Part shown: positions 1 to 9,850 of the stretch, one piece after another
Layout: every line of letters starts with the position of its first letter
How positions within the stretch are numbered: the stretch's first letter is position 1
Source of the DNA: Obrimoposthia wandeli
Lineage: Eukaryota
Reading direction: 5' to 3'
DNA length: 64,000 nt
Assembly: GCA_977020255.1 (NCBI GenBank)
Contig: CDROCS010002105.1
Location: 62,001-126,000 of the forward strand
The notes under the pieces: generated by a model
Seen by the model: the letters and a program-made list of their open reading frames with translations, nothing else
Database searches by the model: none
What the model was told of the DNA's origin: nothing
Position numbers and translations under genes: made by a program

Positions 1-7
1 TATCAGC

Positions 8-1150
8 TTAGGCATTGGGTATAGCCCCCATCATGCTGAAATCAACAATTTCTTCGCCCTGTTCTAAACCAGAAAGTACTTCAACATTGATACCATCAGA
101 CAAGCCTAATTTTACTGGTGCGGTATGGAAGCCCTGTTCTGATTGATCAGGGATCAATACTTCAGGGTTATTGCCTGTAAATTGCAAAGCGCGTTCTGGA
201 ATTGTTGTGATTTTGTCCGCTTTTTTGAGAGTGATTTGCGCGGTTGCAGAAAAACCAGAACGGATAGTGAGACCTTCTGGAAACAGAATCTTATTTACTT
301 CAACTTGGAAACCATTATCAAAACTGCGCTGTGCGGTTGTTGTGGTTTGTTGTGATGAATTCAGTTTTTCAGATTGCACCGCTACTTTGCTTAATATACC
401 GATAATTTCTATTTCTGGGTAAGGGGCTAATGTCATGGTAACGGGCATACCGACGTGCAATTGCGCTGCGTCATGTTCACTCACACTGCCTTTAAATATC
501 ATGTCGTTCATATTGGCTAGCGACATCATCTGCGTGGCAGATTGACTTGATTCTGTTGAAATAATGGGTTCGCCCACTTCAACATTTAAGCTCAATACTG
601 TGCCTGTAATCGGAGCAACAATGGTCGAGGTCAATTTGGATTCACCCACTGATGATTCACCGCTGCGGATCAAATCTAAGTTCTGCTGTTTTTGCTGTAG
701 GTTGGCGTTGTTTTGGCGTACATCAGCTTTGGCTTGAATATAGTCACCGTAATTTTTAGGAATCACTTGGTTTTTGACTAGGCGTTCAAGGTTAGCGAGC
801 TTTTGTTTCGATGATTCTAATTGTGCCTGACTCGACATTAATTCAGTAATGGCTTGGGTTAATCGTTGCGGTGTCGGGTTCGGACGTATTTTAATTAGCG
901 GTGTACCCGCTTTTACTTCTTCACCCACATGATGAAAAATCTCGCCAACAATACCTTCAATTTGAGATTTAATTTGAACAGAATGTGCCGGAACAATTTG
1001 CCCAACTGCGATTGCTTGCTTTTCGATAGTACCTATTTCAGCAGTAATCAGAGGCAGTGAAGGTGTACTGCCATCTTTAGTGCTGAAGTAATAGCCAGCA
1101 CCTACCGTGATCGCTGTTGTAATAGCAGCCGCAATCCAGCGTTTTTTCAT
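8..1150 (-). CDS. Efflux transporter periplasmic adaptor (membrane fusion protein, MacA/HlyD-like)
   Basis: N-terminal membrane anchor, lipoyl half-motifs (IKSQIEGIV...; IVAPITGTV), central coiled coil, C-terminal VKLGLSDGINVEVLSGL. An overlapping ATG at 15 (-) may start the partner gene beyond the left edge. Confidence 0.9.
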   Translation of the reverse strand: MKKRWIAAAITTAITVGAGYYFSTKDGSTPSLPLITAEIGTIEKQAIAVGQIVPAHSVQIKSQIEGIVGEIFHHVGEEVKAGTPLIKIRPNPTPQRLTQAITELMSSQAQLESSKQKLANLERLVKNQVIPKNYGDYIQAKADVRQNNANLQQKQQNLDLIRSGESSVGESKLTSTIVAPITGTVLSLNVEVGEPIISTESSQSATQMMSLANMNDMIFKGSVSEHDAAQLHVGMPVTMTLAPYPEIEIIGILSKVAVQSEKLNSSQQTTTTAQRSFDNGFQVEVNKILFPEGLTIRSGFSATAQITLKKADKITTIPERALQFTGNNPEVLIPDQSEQGFHTAPVKLGLSDGINVEVLSGLEQGEEIVDFSMMGAIPNA

Positions 1151-1463
1151 AATATTATCCGTTTAAAGGCGAGTATTCATAGGGTTATTGGGATATCAGA
1201 CCTTAGCGCCTGATTAAAGTTCACGTCAATAATACATCGTGCAATATTGAAGTGTACAATAATGTTCCATGCAAAAATAGATGTCATGTATGAATGTGAA
1301 AAAAGTGAAGTAATAGAATTCTTGCTAAATCAATGTTCAGAAACTTTAATCGCAAAATGAGTAGGTACTTGTCACGATTGATATTGATAGGGTGTTGATA
1401 AGATGAATTACGCCCCAGATAGGGGCGTAGAATAATGTTGCCATTTATCGTGTTAAAGATAAT

Positions 1464-2519
1464 TTACGCATCAGAAGGCAATAAGAAGATTCCTGTGGGG
1501 TTAACCGTCAAATAAGCATGGTCAGATAAATTGGCATCAAATTGTGACGAGTTCAGTTGCAGCAATAATTCTTGATCATGCCATGTTACAGAAACTTCGT
1601 ACATTGAGCCCATGTACACCACATTATTAACGATACATTGTTGGCTGGGTTCGCCCTCGTTGGTTAATAAAATAGCTTCAGGCCTTATTCCTATTTGATA
1701 ATCACCTTCAGCTTTGCCTTGAACAACTTCTGGGTCGGCTGGAATGCAGTAACCGTTGATGTTTAATTGCCCACCGTCAAAACGGCCCGTAAAAATGTTC
1801 GCATCACCCATGAAGTTTGCCATGAACATTGATGAGGGTGTTTTATATAAATCATCCGGAGAGCCTTGCTGCATGATCTCGCCGTCTTTCATTACGATAA
1901 CGGTATCAGAGACAGCGAAAGCTTCTGTTTGATCATGCGTTACGTATAAAGAGGTAATATTGAAACGCTGCTGAAGATCGCGGATTGTCTCGCGCATACT
2001 TCGGCGTAAATTTGCGTCAAGGTTACTTAATGGTTCATCAAATAGCAGTACTTTAGGCTTTAAAACCAAAGCGCGCGCCAGTGCAATACGCTGTTGTTGA
2101 CCACCAGAAATTTGGTCGACAAATCGATCACCCATACCTGATAGATCGACCAGCTTTAACGCATCATCAACACGTTGTTTAATTTCTGCGGCTGGTAATT
2201 TCAGCATTTTTAAGCCGTAGCCCACATTGTCATGTAATGATAAATGAGGAAATAAGGCATAAGACTGGAATACCATGCAAATATCGCGTTGCTGGATTGA
2301 GGTATTTGTTACGTCTTCGCCATCAATGAATATTTGCCCGCTGGTGGGTTTTTCTAACCCTGCTACTAAGCGTAAAACCGTGGTTTTACCACAACCCGAT
2401 GGACCAAGTAGTGTGACTAAGCTGCCTTGTTTAATCTCAAGATCAAGGTTGCCAATAACAGTATTGTCACCAAAGCGTTTGCAGACATTTTTTAGAACTA
2501 CAAAGTTGTCGTTTTCCAT
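1464..2519 (-). CDS. afuC: ABC transporter ATP-binding subunit, AfuC/FbpC type
   Basis: Walker A GPSGCGKT, signature ISGGQQQR, Walker B LLFDEP, C-terminal TOBE-like region. Start moved to the ATG at 2519, which follows a GGAG RBS. Confidence 0.9.
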   Translation of the reverse strand: MENDNFVVLKNVCKRFGDNTVIGNLDLEIKQGSLVTLLGPSGCGKTTVLRLVAGLEKPTSGQIFIDGEDVTNTSIQQRDICMVFQSYALFPHLSLHDNVGYGLKMLKLPAAEIKQRVDDALKLVDLSGMGDRFVDQISGGQQQRIALARALVLKPKVLLFDEPLSNLDANLRRSMRETIRDLQQRFNITSLYVTHDQTEAFAVSDTVIVMKDGEIMQQGSPDDLYKTPSSMFMANFMGDANIFTGRFDGGQLNINGYCIPADPEVVQGKAEGDYQIGIRPEAILLTNEGEPSQQCIVNNVVYMGSMYEVSVTWHDQELLLQLNSSQFDANLSDHAYLTVNPTGIFLLPSDA

Positions 2520-2537
2520 AATTATTATCTCCAATCG

Positions 2538-4634
2538 TTAGTCTTGGTTGTTGGCTTTTGAACGGGATACGCGGGCTTCACCCACAAGGGCATCAAAAAT
2601 CAATATAATGGCCAGCATGACGAAAATCAGTACTGAACCATAAGCGATGGCAATGCCGTATTCGCCATCTTCAACGCGGTTTAATATATACGATGTTGCT
2701 ACACGGGTTTCTGGCGTTACCAAGAAAATAATGGCACTTACCGTGGTCATTGCGCGCACAAAGCTGTAGATCAATGTTGATAAAATAGCCGGGCGCAATA
2801 GTGGAATTAAGATATGGGTAATCGTTTTAAATGAGTTAGCACGTAAGCTCAGTGATGCTTCGTCAAGTGATTTATCTAATTGCCCTAAACCTGCAATACC
2901 TGCCCGTATTCCCACTGGAATGTTACGCATTACCATTGAAATTATGACGATTACAGCGGTTCCCGTTAAATAAACTGGCGCATCATTAAACGCTAGGATG
3001 TAAGAAACACCAGCCACCGTTCCTGGTACGGCGAAACAAAGCATGGTGGCGAATTCAATCACTTTTTTGCCATGAAATTGCTGGCGCACTACGATGTAAG
3101 CAATTAATAAGCCGAATAAAGCAGTCAGTGGGGCTGCAACGCCTGCATAGGTCATGGTGGTAAGCAATGACGGCCATGCCCCTTCGCTAAATCCCATACC
3201 AAATAGATTGATGTAGTTGTCTAGCGTTAAGCTGTAATCAACGCCCCAGTTAACGGTGAAACTGCCGAAGACAATGCTGCCGTACAGTAAGATATTGAAT
3301 GCCATCCAAAAGTACAGTAGACCAGAGACTCCGTATTTGAGCCCAGTAGGCAAGGGTTGTACATCACCACGGTAAGATTTACCGGAAATGGTTACATAAG
3401 AACGTTTACCAATCCAAATATACTGGATAACGAAAATAGCGAGAGAGAAGATTAATAGTACCGCACCCAAAGTACTGGCAGATGCATAATCAAGTTGCGC
3501 ACCAGCAATGTAAAAATATATCTGAGTGGCTAATACATCGAAGCTTCCTCCCAGTACTAACGGGTTACTGAAATCAGCTAACGATTGCACGAAAATAATG
3601 AGAAATGAGTTAGCCAGCGCAGGTTTAAGTAATGGCATAACAATTTGAAAGAATGTTTGATAACGGTTTGCACGAAGCGTGTAAGAGGCCTCTTCTAGGG
3701 ACGGAGACAGCGATTTCATTGCACCATCAAGGATCATGAAAGACATTGGTGAAAAGGCTAAAACTTGTGCCATCCAAATCCCAGTGAAACCATATAACCA
3801 GTTCGTGTGTTGTAAGCCAAACCAATCAACCATGAGCTCAGTAATATACCCTGAACGTCCTAGCATTAAAGTAACACCAAGGCCGACAACAAAGGGGGGT
3901 GTAACGATGGGTAATATTGAGAAGATACGAGCGATAAAGGCAGAACGCTTGGCGATTCTGGTTGTGTAAATAGCGAATACAAGACCAAAAATGGTCGCGA
4001 CAACACCCACTGAGGTACCCAGCATGATGGAATTTAAAATGATCTGAATAATTTGTGAGCGGCCTAAAATCTCAACAAATTGCCACATCACGAAGTTACC
4101 CATGTCATCTTGAAACATGGGCACAAAGATGGCGATACTTGGATATATAATAAAGATACTGATTAATGAAACAATACTAACCAATGAACCTATAACAAAA
4201 ATATCACCGCCGAGATATTCCAGTCGAGCTAAAGCCAGCGTTATTACACAACCTAGGGTAATGAATAAGACAATAGTGGCATAGCCTAAGCCTTGTTCGG
4301 TGTACCAAGATGACAACAACGTAAATAGCACACAGAAACCAGCATAGCCGATATCAAATTGGTGACGTTTTTTTGCGTATTTGTTTTGTGCCTGAAAAGG
4401 GCGGATTAATAGAACTAAAGGCATGGTAAACCATAACCATGAAATGTTCATTCCACTCCAACCCATCGCCTCTTTAAATTCTTGAGACGTCGATTCGAAT
4501 ACACCGTAATCGAGGGAAAAAGAGGGCAATAACACAAAGGCTCCGATCAAGGCGATGATCCAATAAAAAATGGGGTCGCGTTGCTCTGAACTTTGAAGCT
4601 GCCTTAAATCTGATTCAGCTGCTAAGTTATTCAT
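2538..4634 (-). CDS. afuB: ABC transporter permease with two fused halves, AfuB/FbpB type
   Basis: Highly hydrophobic 698 aa with two EAA-type loops (LEEASYTLRA; LDEASLSLRA). Lies between the binding-protein and ATPase genes. Confidence 0.9.
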   Translation of the reverse strand: MNNLAAESDLRQLQSSEQRDPIFYWIIALIGAFVLLPSFSLDYGVFESTSQEFKEAMGWSGMNISWLWFTMPLVLLIRPFQAQNKYAKKRHQFDIGYAGFCVLFTLLSSWYTEQGLGYATIVLFITLGCVITLALARLEYLGGDIFVIGSLVSIVSLISIFIIYPSIAIFVPMFQDDMGNFVMWQFVEILGRSQIIQIILNSIMLGTSVGVVATIFGLVFAIYTTRIAKRSAFIARIFSILPIVTPPFVVGLGVTLMLGRSGYITELMVDWFGLQHTNWLYGFTGIWMAQVLAFSPMSFMILDGAMKSLSPSLEEASYTLRANRYQTFFQIVMPLLKPALANSFLIIFVQSLADFSNPLVLGGSFDVLATQIYFYIAGAQLDYASASTLGAVLLIFSLAIFVIQYIWIGKRSYVTISGKSYRGDVQPLPTGLKYGVSGLLYFWMAFNILLYGSIVFGSFTVNWGVDYSLTLDNYINLFGMGFSEGAWPSLLTTMTYAGVAAPLTALFGLLIAYIVVRQQFHGKKVIEFATMLCFAVPGTVAGVSYILAFNDAPVYLTGTAVIVIISMVMRNIPVGIRAGIAGLGQLDKSLDEASLSLRANSFKTITHILIPLLRPAILSTLIYSFVRAMTTVSAIIFLVTPETRVATSYILNRVEDGEYGIAIAYGSVLIFVMLAIILIFDALVGEARVSRSKANNQD

Positions 4635-4772
4635 TGTTAATTACCAAAATCGAGTTGTTTAATTAATATGTTCATTAACGTTGAGGTGTAAGAAGCCCCA
4701 AGAAAAATCTCGTTATATTAAATATCGGAAAAAGTGAGCAGCACTTAGCACTGCTCAAATGTTACGAGAGGG

Positions 4773-5807
4773 TTATTCGCCCATTTTAACGATGTTTACC
4801 CACTTGTTGATCAGACGTTTACGTTCGCTAGACGAACCATAGGTTTCCATGTCGTAATCAATAAGAGACAACGCTTTTAGATCGAGCGCATTAGGTGATT
4901 GAGTCGCTTGAGTATTGGTCAAAATTTGGAACGATTTGCCCTTTTGCCATGCTAGCTGCTGGCCATCTTTAGACAGAGCCCAGTCAACAAACAACTTAGC
5001 GTTATCAATATTACGAGCACCTTTTAGTATGCTGATGCCGCCAATTTCGTAACCAGTACCTTCACAAGGAGAGATAAGTTCTAATGGTGCTCCTTTTGAT
5101 TGCTCTAATGAGTAATCGTGTAAGAAACCGATGCCGATTGCGATTTCACCTCGCGCAGCGTTACGAGATGGAGTAACGCCAGATTTGGTGTACTGAGAGA
5201 TATTTTTATCGAGATCTTTAAAGTATGTAAATGCCTTATCTTCATCCCATAATTGAATGAAGGTAGCCAGTGCTGTGTAGGCAGTACCAGAGCTTTGTGG
5301 ATCGGCGATCTGAATCTCATCTTTGTATTCTGGCTTGGTTAAATCACTCCAGCAAAGTGGGATGTCTAAACCTTTTTCTTCTAAGCGCTTAGTGTTTACG
5401 CCAAAGCCTAAAATACCCATATAAACGGCAGATGAGTAATTACCTTTACGTTTGGCCGGATCTTTAAAGTTATCCATGATGAATTCAAGTTGTGGTGATT
5501 TATAGGCCTGCAGTAAGTCCATTTCACCCGCTTGAGACTGTGGATCTAATGTGCCGCCGTACCATACATCGGCACGAGGGTTTTTCTTTTCAGCTTCAAT
5601 TTTCGCTAATGTACTGCCTGAACCATTGCGAATAAAAGATGTTTTCACGTCATATTTTTCAGAAAATGCCTTGGTTTCAGCTTCACACATAGCATTAGTA
5701 GCGCTGCAATATACAACTAATCGGCCTTCCGCCATTGCCGTTGGTACGGCAAATGCTGAGCCAATAATACAGGCAGCTAACAGACTATATTGGGTTCTAG
5801 CTTTCAT
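4773..5807 (-). CDS. afuA: ABC transporter periplasmic binding protein, AfuA type (sugar phosphate)
   Basis: Signal peptide from MKARTQ (ATG 5807 after GAGG). Motifs YCSA, GSGS, DPQSSGTAY, GFLHDY and GTGYEIG match AfuA. Adjacent to uhpABC. Confidence 0.85.
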   Translation of the reverse strand: MKARTQYSLLAACIIGSAFAVPTAMAEGRLVVYCSATNAMCEAETKAFSEKYDVKTSFIRNGSGSTLAKIEAEKKNPRADVWYGGTLDPQSQAGEMDLLQAYKSPQLEFIMDNFKDPAKRKGNYSSAVYMGILGFGVNTKRLEEKGLDIPLCWSDLTKPEYKDEIQIADPQSSGTAYTALATFIQLWDEDKAFTYFKDLDKNISQYTKSGVTPSRNAARGEIAIGIGFLHDYSLEQSKGAPLELISPCEGTGYEIGGISILKGARNIDNAKLFVDWALSKDGQQLAWQKGKSFQILTNTQATQSPNALDLKALSLIDYDMETYGSSSERKRLINKWVNIVKMGE

Positions 5808-5985
5808 TATTATGTCCTCTTTTTTTATTATAAATGCAGTGTCATAGAGCGATGGTAGGTGACACTGTGTTCTTATCGCATCCGGCGATAAGCTTTTATC
5901 ATCCAACAGCCTACGGGCTATTGGGTAACTTTATTCAGAAGCTAGATAACGCCAGTTTAGTTTGCACTCATAGCGGCTAATCATA

Positions 5986-7311
5986 TTAAGTTGCTGTAAT
6001 TGAAGGCTGCTGTGCTTTAACAAAGGGCAATATCAGCAGGCCAATAGAGGCGGCTGAAAATGTAATTATGCTGAAGAAACCATCCCAGCTAAATTGCTCG
6101 ATAACCAATGATATTGGGTAGCTTGCTAGCGCTGCCCCTAAATATCCAAACAAGCCGACAAATCCAGTCGCTGTTCCAGCCACACCTTTGTGTGAGCATT
6201 CGGCTGCAGCCATTCCAATCATCATTTGTGGGCCAAAAATAAAGAATCCAATGGAGAAAAAACAACAAGCCAAGACTGAAAAATTATTCATCGGTGTAAG
6301 CCATAATGCGGCCACTGAAATGAAAATACCCAATGCGAAAATTAAGTTCATGGGGGCACGATTACCATGAAAAAAGCGGTCAGATCCCCAGCCACCAAAC
6401 AATGAACCTAGAAACCCTCCGACTTCGAACATTGAAACGGCGGCATTGGCTGAAAATAAATCAAAACCATGACGTTCAATTAAGTAGAGATTTCCCCAAT
6501 CATTAATTGCAATGCGTACCACATAGACTAAAAAATACGAGCTACACAACAACCAGATATATTTGTTACCAATGACATAGGTTTTCAATATTTGACGAAA
6601 AGATAGCCCACGGCCTTCTTGTTCTTGTAATAACTCTAATTCATCGTTTCGCCATTGCCCTACGGTGGGTAACCCCATGGTTGTAGGCTTATCTCGCATG
6701 CGAAAACAGAGCACGATACCTACTAAAATTGCCAGAATACCGGGAATAATAAAGCCATATCGCCAACCCCAAGTCATGGCGGTAAAACCAATACCCAGCG
6801 GGACTAAAGCTCCCCCTAAATTGTGGCAAGTATTCCAAATTGACCACCAAAAACCACGCTCTGTACGGGAATACCATGTTGTGAGCAATTTGGCACAAGG
6901 GGGCCAACCCCAGCCTTGGAAAAAAGCATTCAATGTCCACAAAATGGCAAACATTGCCAGAGATGAACTTAAACCAAATGCAATATTTATGATTCCGGTG
7001 GCGATCAAGCCTAATCCCATGAAATAGCTGGGTTTAGATTGATCGCTGACCATGCCAGAAACAAACTTTGATACGCCATACGTGATATAGAATAGGGTGC
7101 CGAGAAACCCGATGTCTGAATGCTCTAAGCCAAGGTCAGCTAACATCGCTGGCATGGCAAAGTTGAGACTTTTTCGGGTGAAATAAAACATGCCGTAACC
7201 GATATACATTGAAAACATTAAATGCAATCGCCAATATTTGTACGTGGCGTCGATTTGTTGTTTATCGGTTATTATTTTTGTAGGTTGCTCTGATGTTAGG
7301 AAACCTATCAT
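5986..7311 (-). CDS. uhpC: MFS sugar-phosphate sensor/transporter UhpC
   Basis: OPA-family motifs YFTRKS, FQGWGWPPC, ERGFWWSIWNTCHNLGG, GWGSDRFF. Directly downstream of uhpAB. Confidence 0.9.
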   Translation of the reverse strand: MIGFLTSEQPTKIITDKQQIDATYKYWRLHLMFSMYIGYGMFYFTRKSLNFAMPAMLADLGLEHSDIGFLGTLFYITYGVSKFVSGMVSDQSKPSYFMGLGLIATGIINIAFGLSSSLAMFAILWTLNAFFQGWGWPPCAKLLTTWYSRTERGFWWSIWNTCHNLGGALVPLGIGFTAMTWGWRYGFIIPGILAILVGIVLCFRMRDKPTTMGLPTVGQWRNDELELLQEQEGRGLSFRQILKTYVIGNKYIWLLCSSYFLVYVVRIAINDWGNLYLIERHGFDLFSANAAVSMFEVGGFLGSLFGGWGSDRFFHGNRAPMNLIFALGIFISVAALWLTPMNNFSVLACCFFSIGFFIFGPQMMIGMAAAECSHKGVAGTATGFVGLFGYLGAALASYPISLVIEQFSWDGFFSIITFSAASIGLLILPFVKAQQPSITAT

Positions 7312-7334
7312 GGCGGCGCTATCTCCCTATTGCC

Positions 7335-7406
7335 TGAATGAATAGTACGGAAAGAATTACGATAAAGAATGAGACAGGTTTGTAAATGACTAGGAAAAAT
7401 TCCTAG
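7335..7406 (-). promoter_or_regulatory. Putative UhpA-activated promoter of uhpC
   Basis: Dyad CTAGGAA-AAA-TTCCTAG at 7390-7406 resembles the core of the E. coli uhpT UhpA site (recalled from memory). A -10-like TACTAT at 7347-7342 puts the dyad centre near -63/-64. Confidence 0.55.
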
Positions 7407-7411
7407 ATTAT

Positions 7412-9025
7412 TTAACTTGAGGTGATTTTTGTGGGCAAGTTAACAATAATTCGAGTGCCTTTATTGGTGTCGAATGTATTGTTAGCTTGATTAGTGTGGC
7501 TTTTATTTTGTCCGATGTAGAGGTCACCGCCAAGAGCACTAACCCGTTCTTCTATTCCTTTTAAACCTAGCCCCTTGCTACGCCAATTCGTTGGTAAGCC
7601 GCAGCCATTATCTCGTAATTCAAGGCTGAAAATGCCGCCGGGTACTAAGCTCAGCTGTACCTCTGTGGCGTGTGAGTGCTTGGTGACGTTATTTAATAGC
7701 TCTTGCACAATGCGATACAGCGTGACTGCTGTAATGTCATCGAGCTTGTTGGTGGCAATACCAATATTGATTTTAAAATCGATCTGACGCTCAGCAAATT
7801 TCATTTCGTGCGCAAGCTGGCGTAATGCGCTTTCTAGCCCCAGTTCATCAAGAATATGGGGGCGTAATTGGGTTAACAGCTGTTTGGTTGTGCTGTGTAT
7901 GCGCATGGCTAACGTATTGATTGTTTGTGCGGTATTTTTAGTGTTCAGTTCTTGGGTTGTTCGGTCGACAAGCATGGCTTGGATCTGAATGGCCGTAATA
8001 TTCTGACCAATTTCGTCGTGTAGTTCCCGTGCCACTGATTTTCTAATGTTTTCTTCAACTTGGACTAATTGGCAAGCGAGATATTGTTTGCTTGCAAGTT
8101 CATCAGCCAGATCTTTGTTCGCTTGTTGTAATTTTTGGGCTAGTAGGTATTGGCGGCTTATCGCTATCCCCAATCCAAGCCCGACTAAAGCTTGTGTTGT
8201 GATAAAAATTTGTAACTCTTGGTCTGTAGTAAATGAGCCTGAAATTTGACGAGCCGTCGTGAGCAAGATGCTGTTCATTACCGTGGCAAGAACGCCCCCT
8301 TGCCAGCCATAGTGATAAGCCATAAAAATATTGGGTAGCAGAATGATCAATAACCCGAGAGGTTTCATTTGATCTAATAGTGTGAGTTCAGCAACGAGCC
8401 CAATACAGAAAAAAGCAATACTCCAGAGTAACGCCGAAGGACGAAGGGTGATTTCTTTATGCACTAATGTTGGGCTTAATGGAACCCAGATTTTATGATG
8501 GAGGTAGTCATAAAGTAGATACAAGAACGGAGTCAGCAATACACCGCCAGTAATGGAGGCAATCGTACACGAAAAGGCATATTGAAGTGATAAATCTAAT
8601 GGCTTCATTAATAAGAGGATCATGATGCCCATGATTACGCCATGTACTAAGACCAATAACACCAAGGCGAGTAATTTTTGCCAATAGGTCGTTAGTTTTC
8701 GCCAATTATGGGAAAAAGGAATCGCGAGGAAATAGCTAAAGAATGGACACAATAATAATAATATGTCCTGAGGTTGGTGGTTGATGATAGACAGTAGCCA
8801 TGCAGAAAGAAGGCATTCACTGATGACAAATAATCGCCAATAGCGGCGAGCGGTTAAGACAAATACCGCGAGCCTTAATCCGCTAGGAAGAAATAACCCT
8901 GCAAGTAGTAAATCAGCGGAAAGGTAGCTACTGATACTCCACAAGCAAAACCAACTGATGCTATAGATAATAAAACTAAAGGAATACGAAAAATAACGAT
9001 TACTGAGGTGCTCTGCTTGGGTCAT
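7412..9025 (-). CDS. uhpB: Sensor histidine kinase UhpB (MASE1 + HisKA_3 + HATPase)
   Basis: Multi-TM N-terminus, H-box ARELHDEIGQ, N-box ELLNNVTKH, G1 RDNGCG, G2 GLGLKGIEERV. Confidence 0.92.
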   Translation of the reverse strand: MTQAEHLSNRYFSYSFSFIIYSISWFCLWSISSYLSADLLLAGLFLPSGLRLAVFVLTARRYWRLFVISECLLSAWLLSIINHQPQDILLLLCPFFSYFLAIPFSHNWRKLTTYWQKLLALVLLVLVHGVIMGIMILLLMKPLDLSLQYAFSCTIASITGGVLLTPFLYLLYDYLHHKIWVPLSPTLVHKEITLRPSALLWSIAFFCIGLVAELTLLDQMKPLGLLIILLPNIFMAYHYGWQGGVLATVMNSILLTTARQISGSFTTDQELQIFITTQALVGLGLGIAISRQYLLAQKLQQANKDLADELASKQYLACQLVQVEENIRKSVARELHDEIGQNITAIQIQAMLVDRTTQELNTKNTAQTINTLAMRIHSTTKQLLTQLRPHILDELGLESALRQLAHEMKFAERQIDFKINIGIATNKLDDITAVTLYRIVQELLNNVTKHSHATEVQLSLVPGGIFSLELRDNGCGLPTNWRSKGLGLKGIEERVSALGGDLYIGQNKSHTNQANNTFDTNKGTRIIVNLPTKITSS

Positions 9026-9028
9026 GAT

Positions 9029-9658
9029 TTATTCTGCGAGTAATTTATGTTGAAGCGCAAAACGAATAAGATCAACGTTATTAGACAGCCCCAGTTTGCT
9101 GAGAATACTGGCGCGATGAACATGAATGGTTTTATAGCTAATGGAAAGTATGATGCCAGCCTCTTTAACGTCTTTACCCTGAATAAGATGAGTAAAGACC
9201 TCGTGTTCACGCTTGGTTAATGCGTCTAAGGCTTTGGGCGCGATAGGCGCATTACTGAGGTTAAACAAGGCATCGGCGCAAAGGTAGCGATCACCATTGG
9301 CGACGGTACGAATGGCCGTCACTAATTCTACGGGACCACATCGTTTAGATAAGTACCCACATGCGCCAGCTTCAATTGCTTTACTTACAAAAGACGCTGA
9401 ATCATAAATACTAAGAATAATGGCTCTAAAATTAGGATGTTTTGCGCGCAGTTTTTCTAATAGGATTAGGCCACTTTCATCGGGCATCGAGATATCAATA
9501 ACGGCAACATCGATTTTGGACACTGATAATGCTGCAAAGGCTTCACTTGCACGACCATATTCACCCTTTACTTCAATATCTGATTCGACATTAAGCAACT
9601 GAGCAAAACCGGAACGTACCATAAGGTGGTCGTCAACTAAGGCTACTGTAATCATCAT
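9029..9658 (-). CDS. uhpA: NarL/FixJ-family response regulator UhpA
   Basis: Receiver domain (LVDDH, DISMPD, GYLSK) plus LuxR HTH (LTKREHEVF...KTIHVHRASILSKL). Confidence 0.92.
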   Translation of the reverse strand: MMITVALVDDHLMVRSGFAQLLNVESDIEVKGEYGRASEAFAALSVSKIDVAVIDISMPDESGLILLEKLRAKHPNFRAIILSIYDSASFVSKAIEAGACGYLSKRCGPVELVTAIRTVANGDRYLCADALFNLSNAPIAPKALDALTKREHEVFTHLIQGKDVKEAGIILSISYKTIHVHRASILSKLGLSNNVDLIRFALQHKLLAE

Positions 9659-9727
9659 GACATCCTAATTATATTGATCACATCGTCGCAAAAGAGAAAC
9701 AAGCATACAATTTAGAGTCGGTTTAGA

Positions 9728-9743
9728 TGTGATGGTCGTCGCG
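9728..9743. promoter_or_regulatory. CRP-like site upstream of uhpA
   Basis: TGTGA-tggtcg-TCGCG against the consensus TGTGA-N6-TCACA. Confidence 0.4.
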
Positions 9744-9771
9744 AAATAGTGCTACAACGTACAACAAATAA

Positions 9772-9792
9772 AGCCACACGTTGTGTGTGGCT
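9772..9792 (-). terminator. Intrinsic terminator of amt
   Basis: Stem AGCCACAC/GTGTGGCT followed by TTTATTT on the minus strand. Confidence 0.65.
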
Positions 9793-9850
9793 CATTGAAG
9801 GATCTTTATATTTTTTGTTTATATGGTTTTTGGCTATTGTTCTTAGTTTT

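Noticed and set aside
1464-5807. Ferric-iron FbpABC annotation
   Set aside because: The binding-protein motifs and the link to uhpABC fit the sugar-phosphate AfuABC type. No Fur box was seen upstream.
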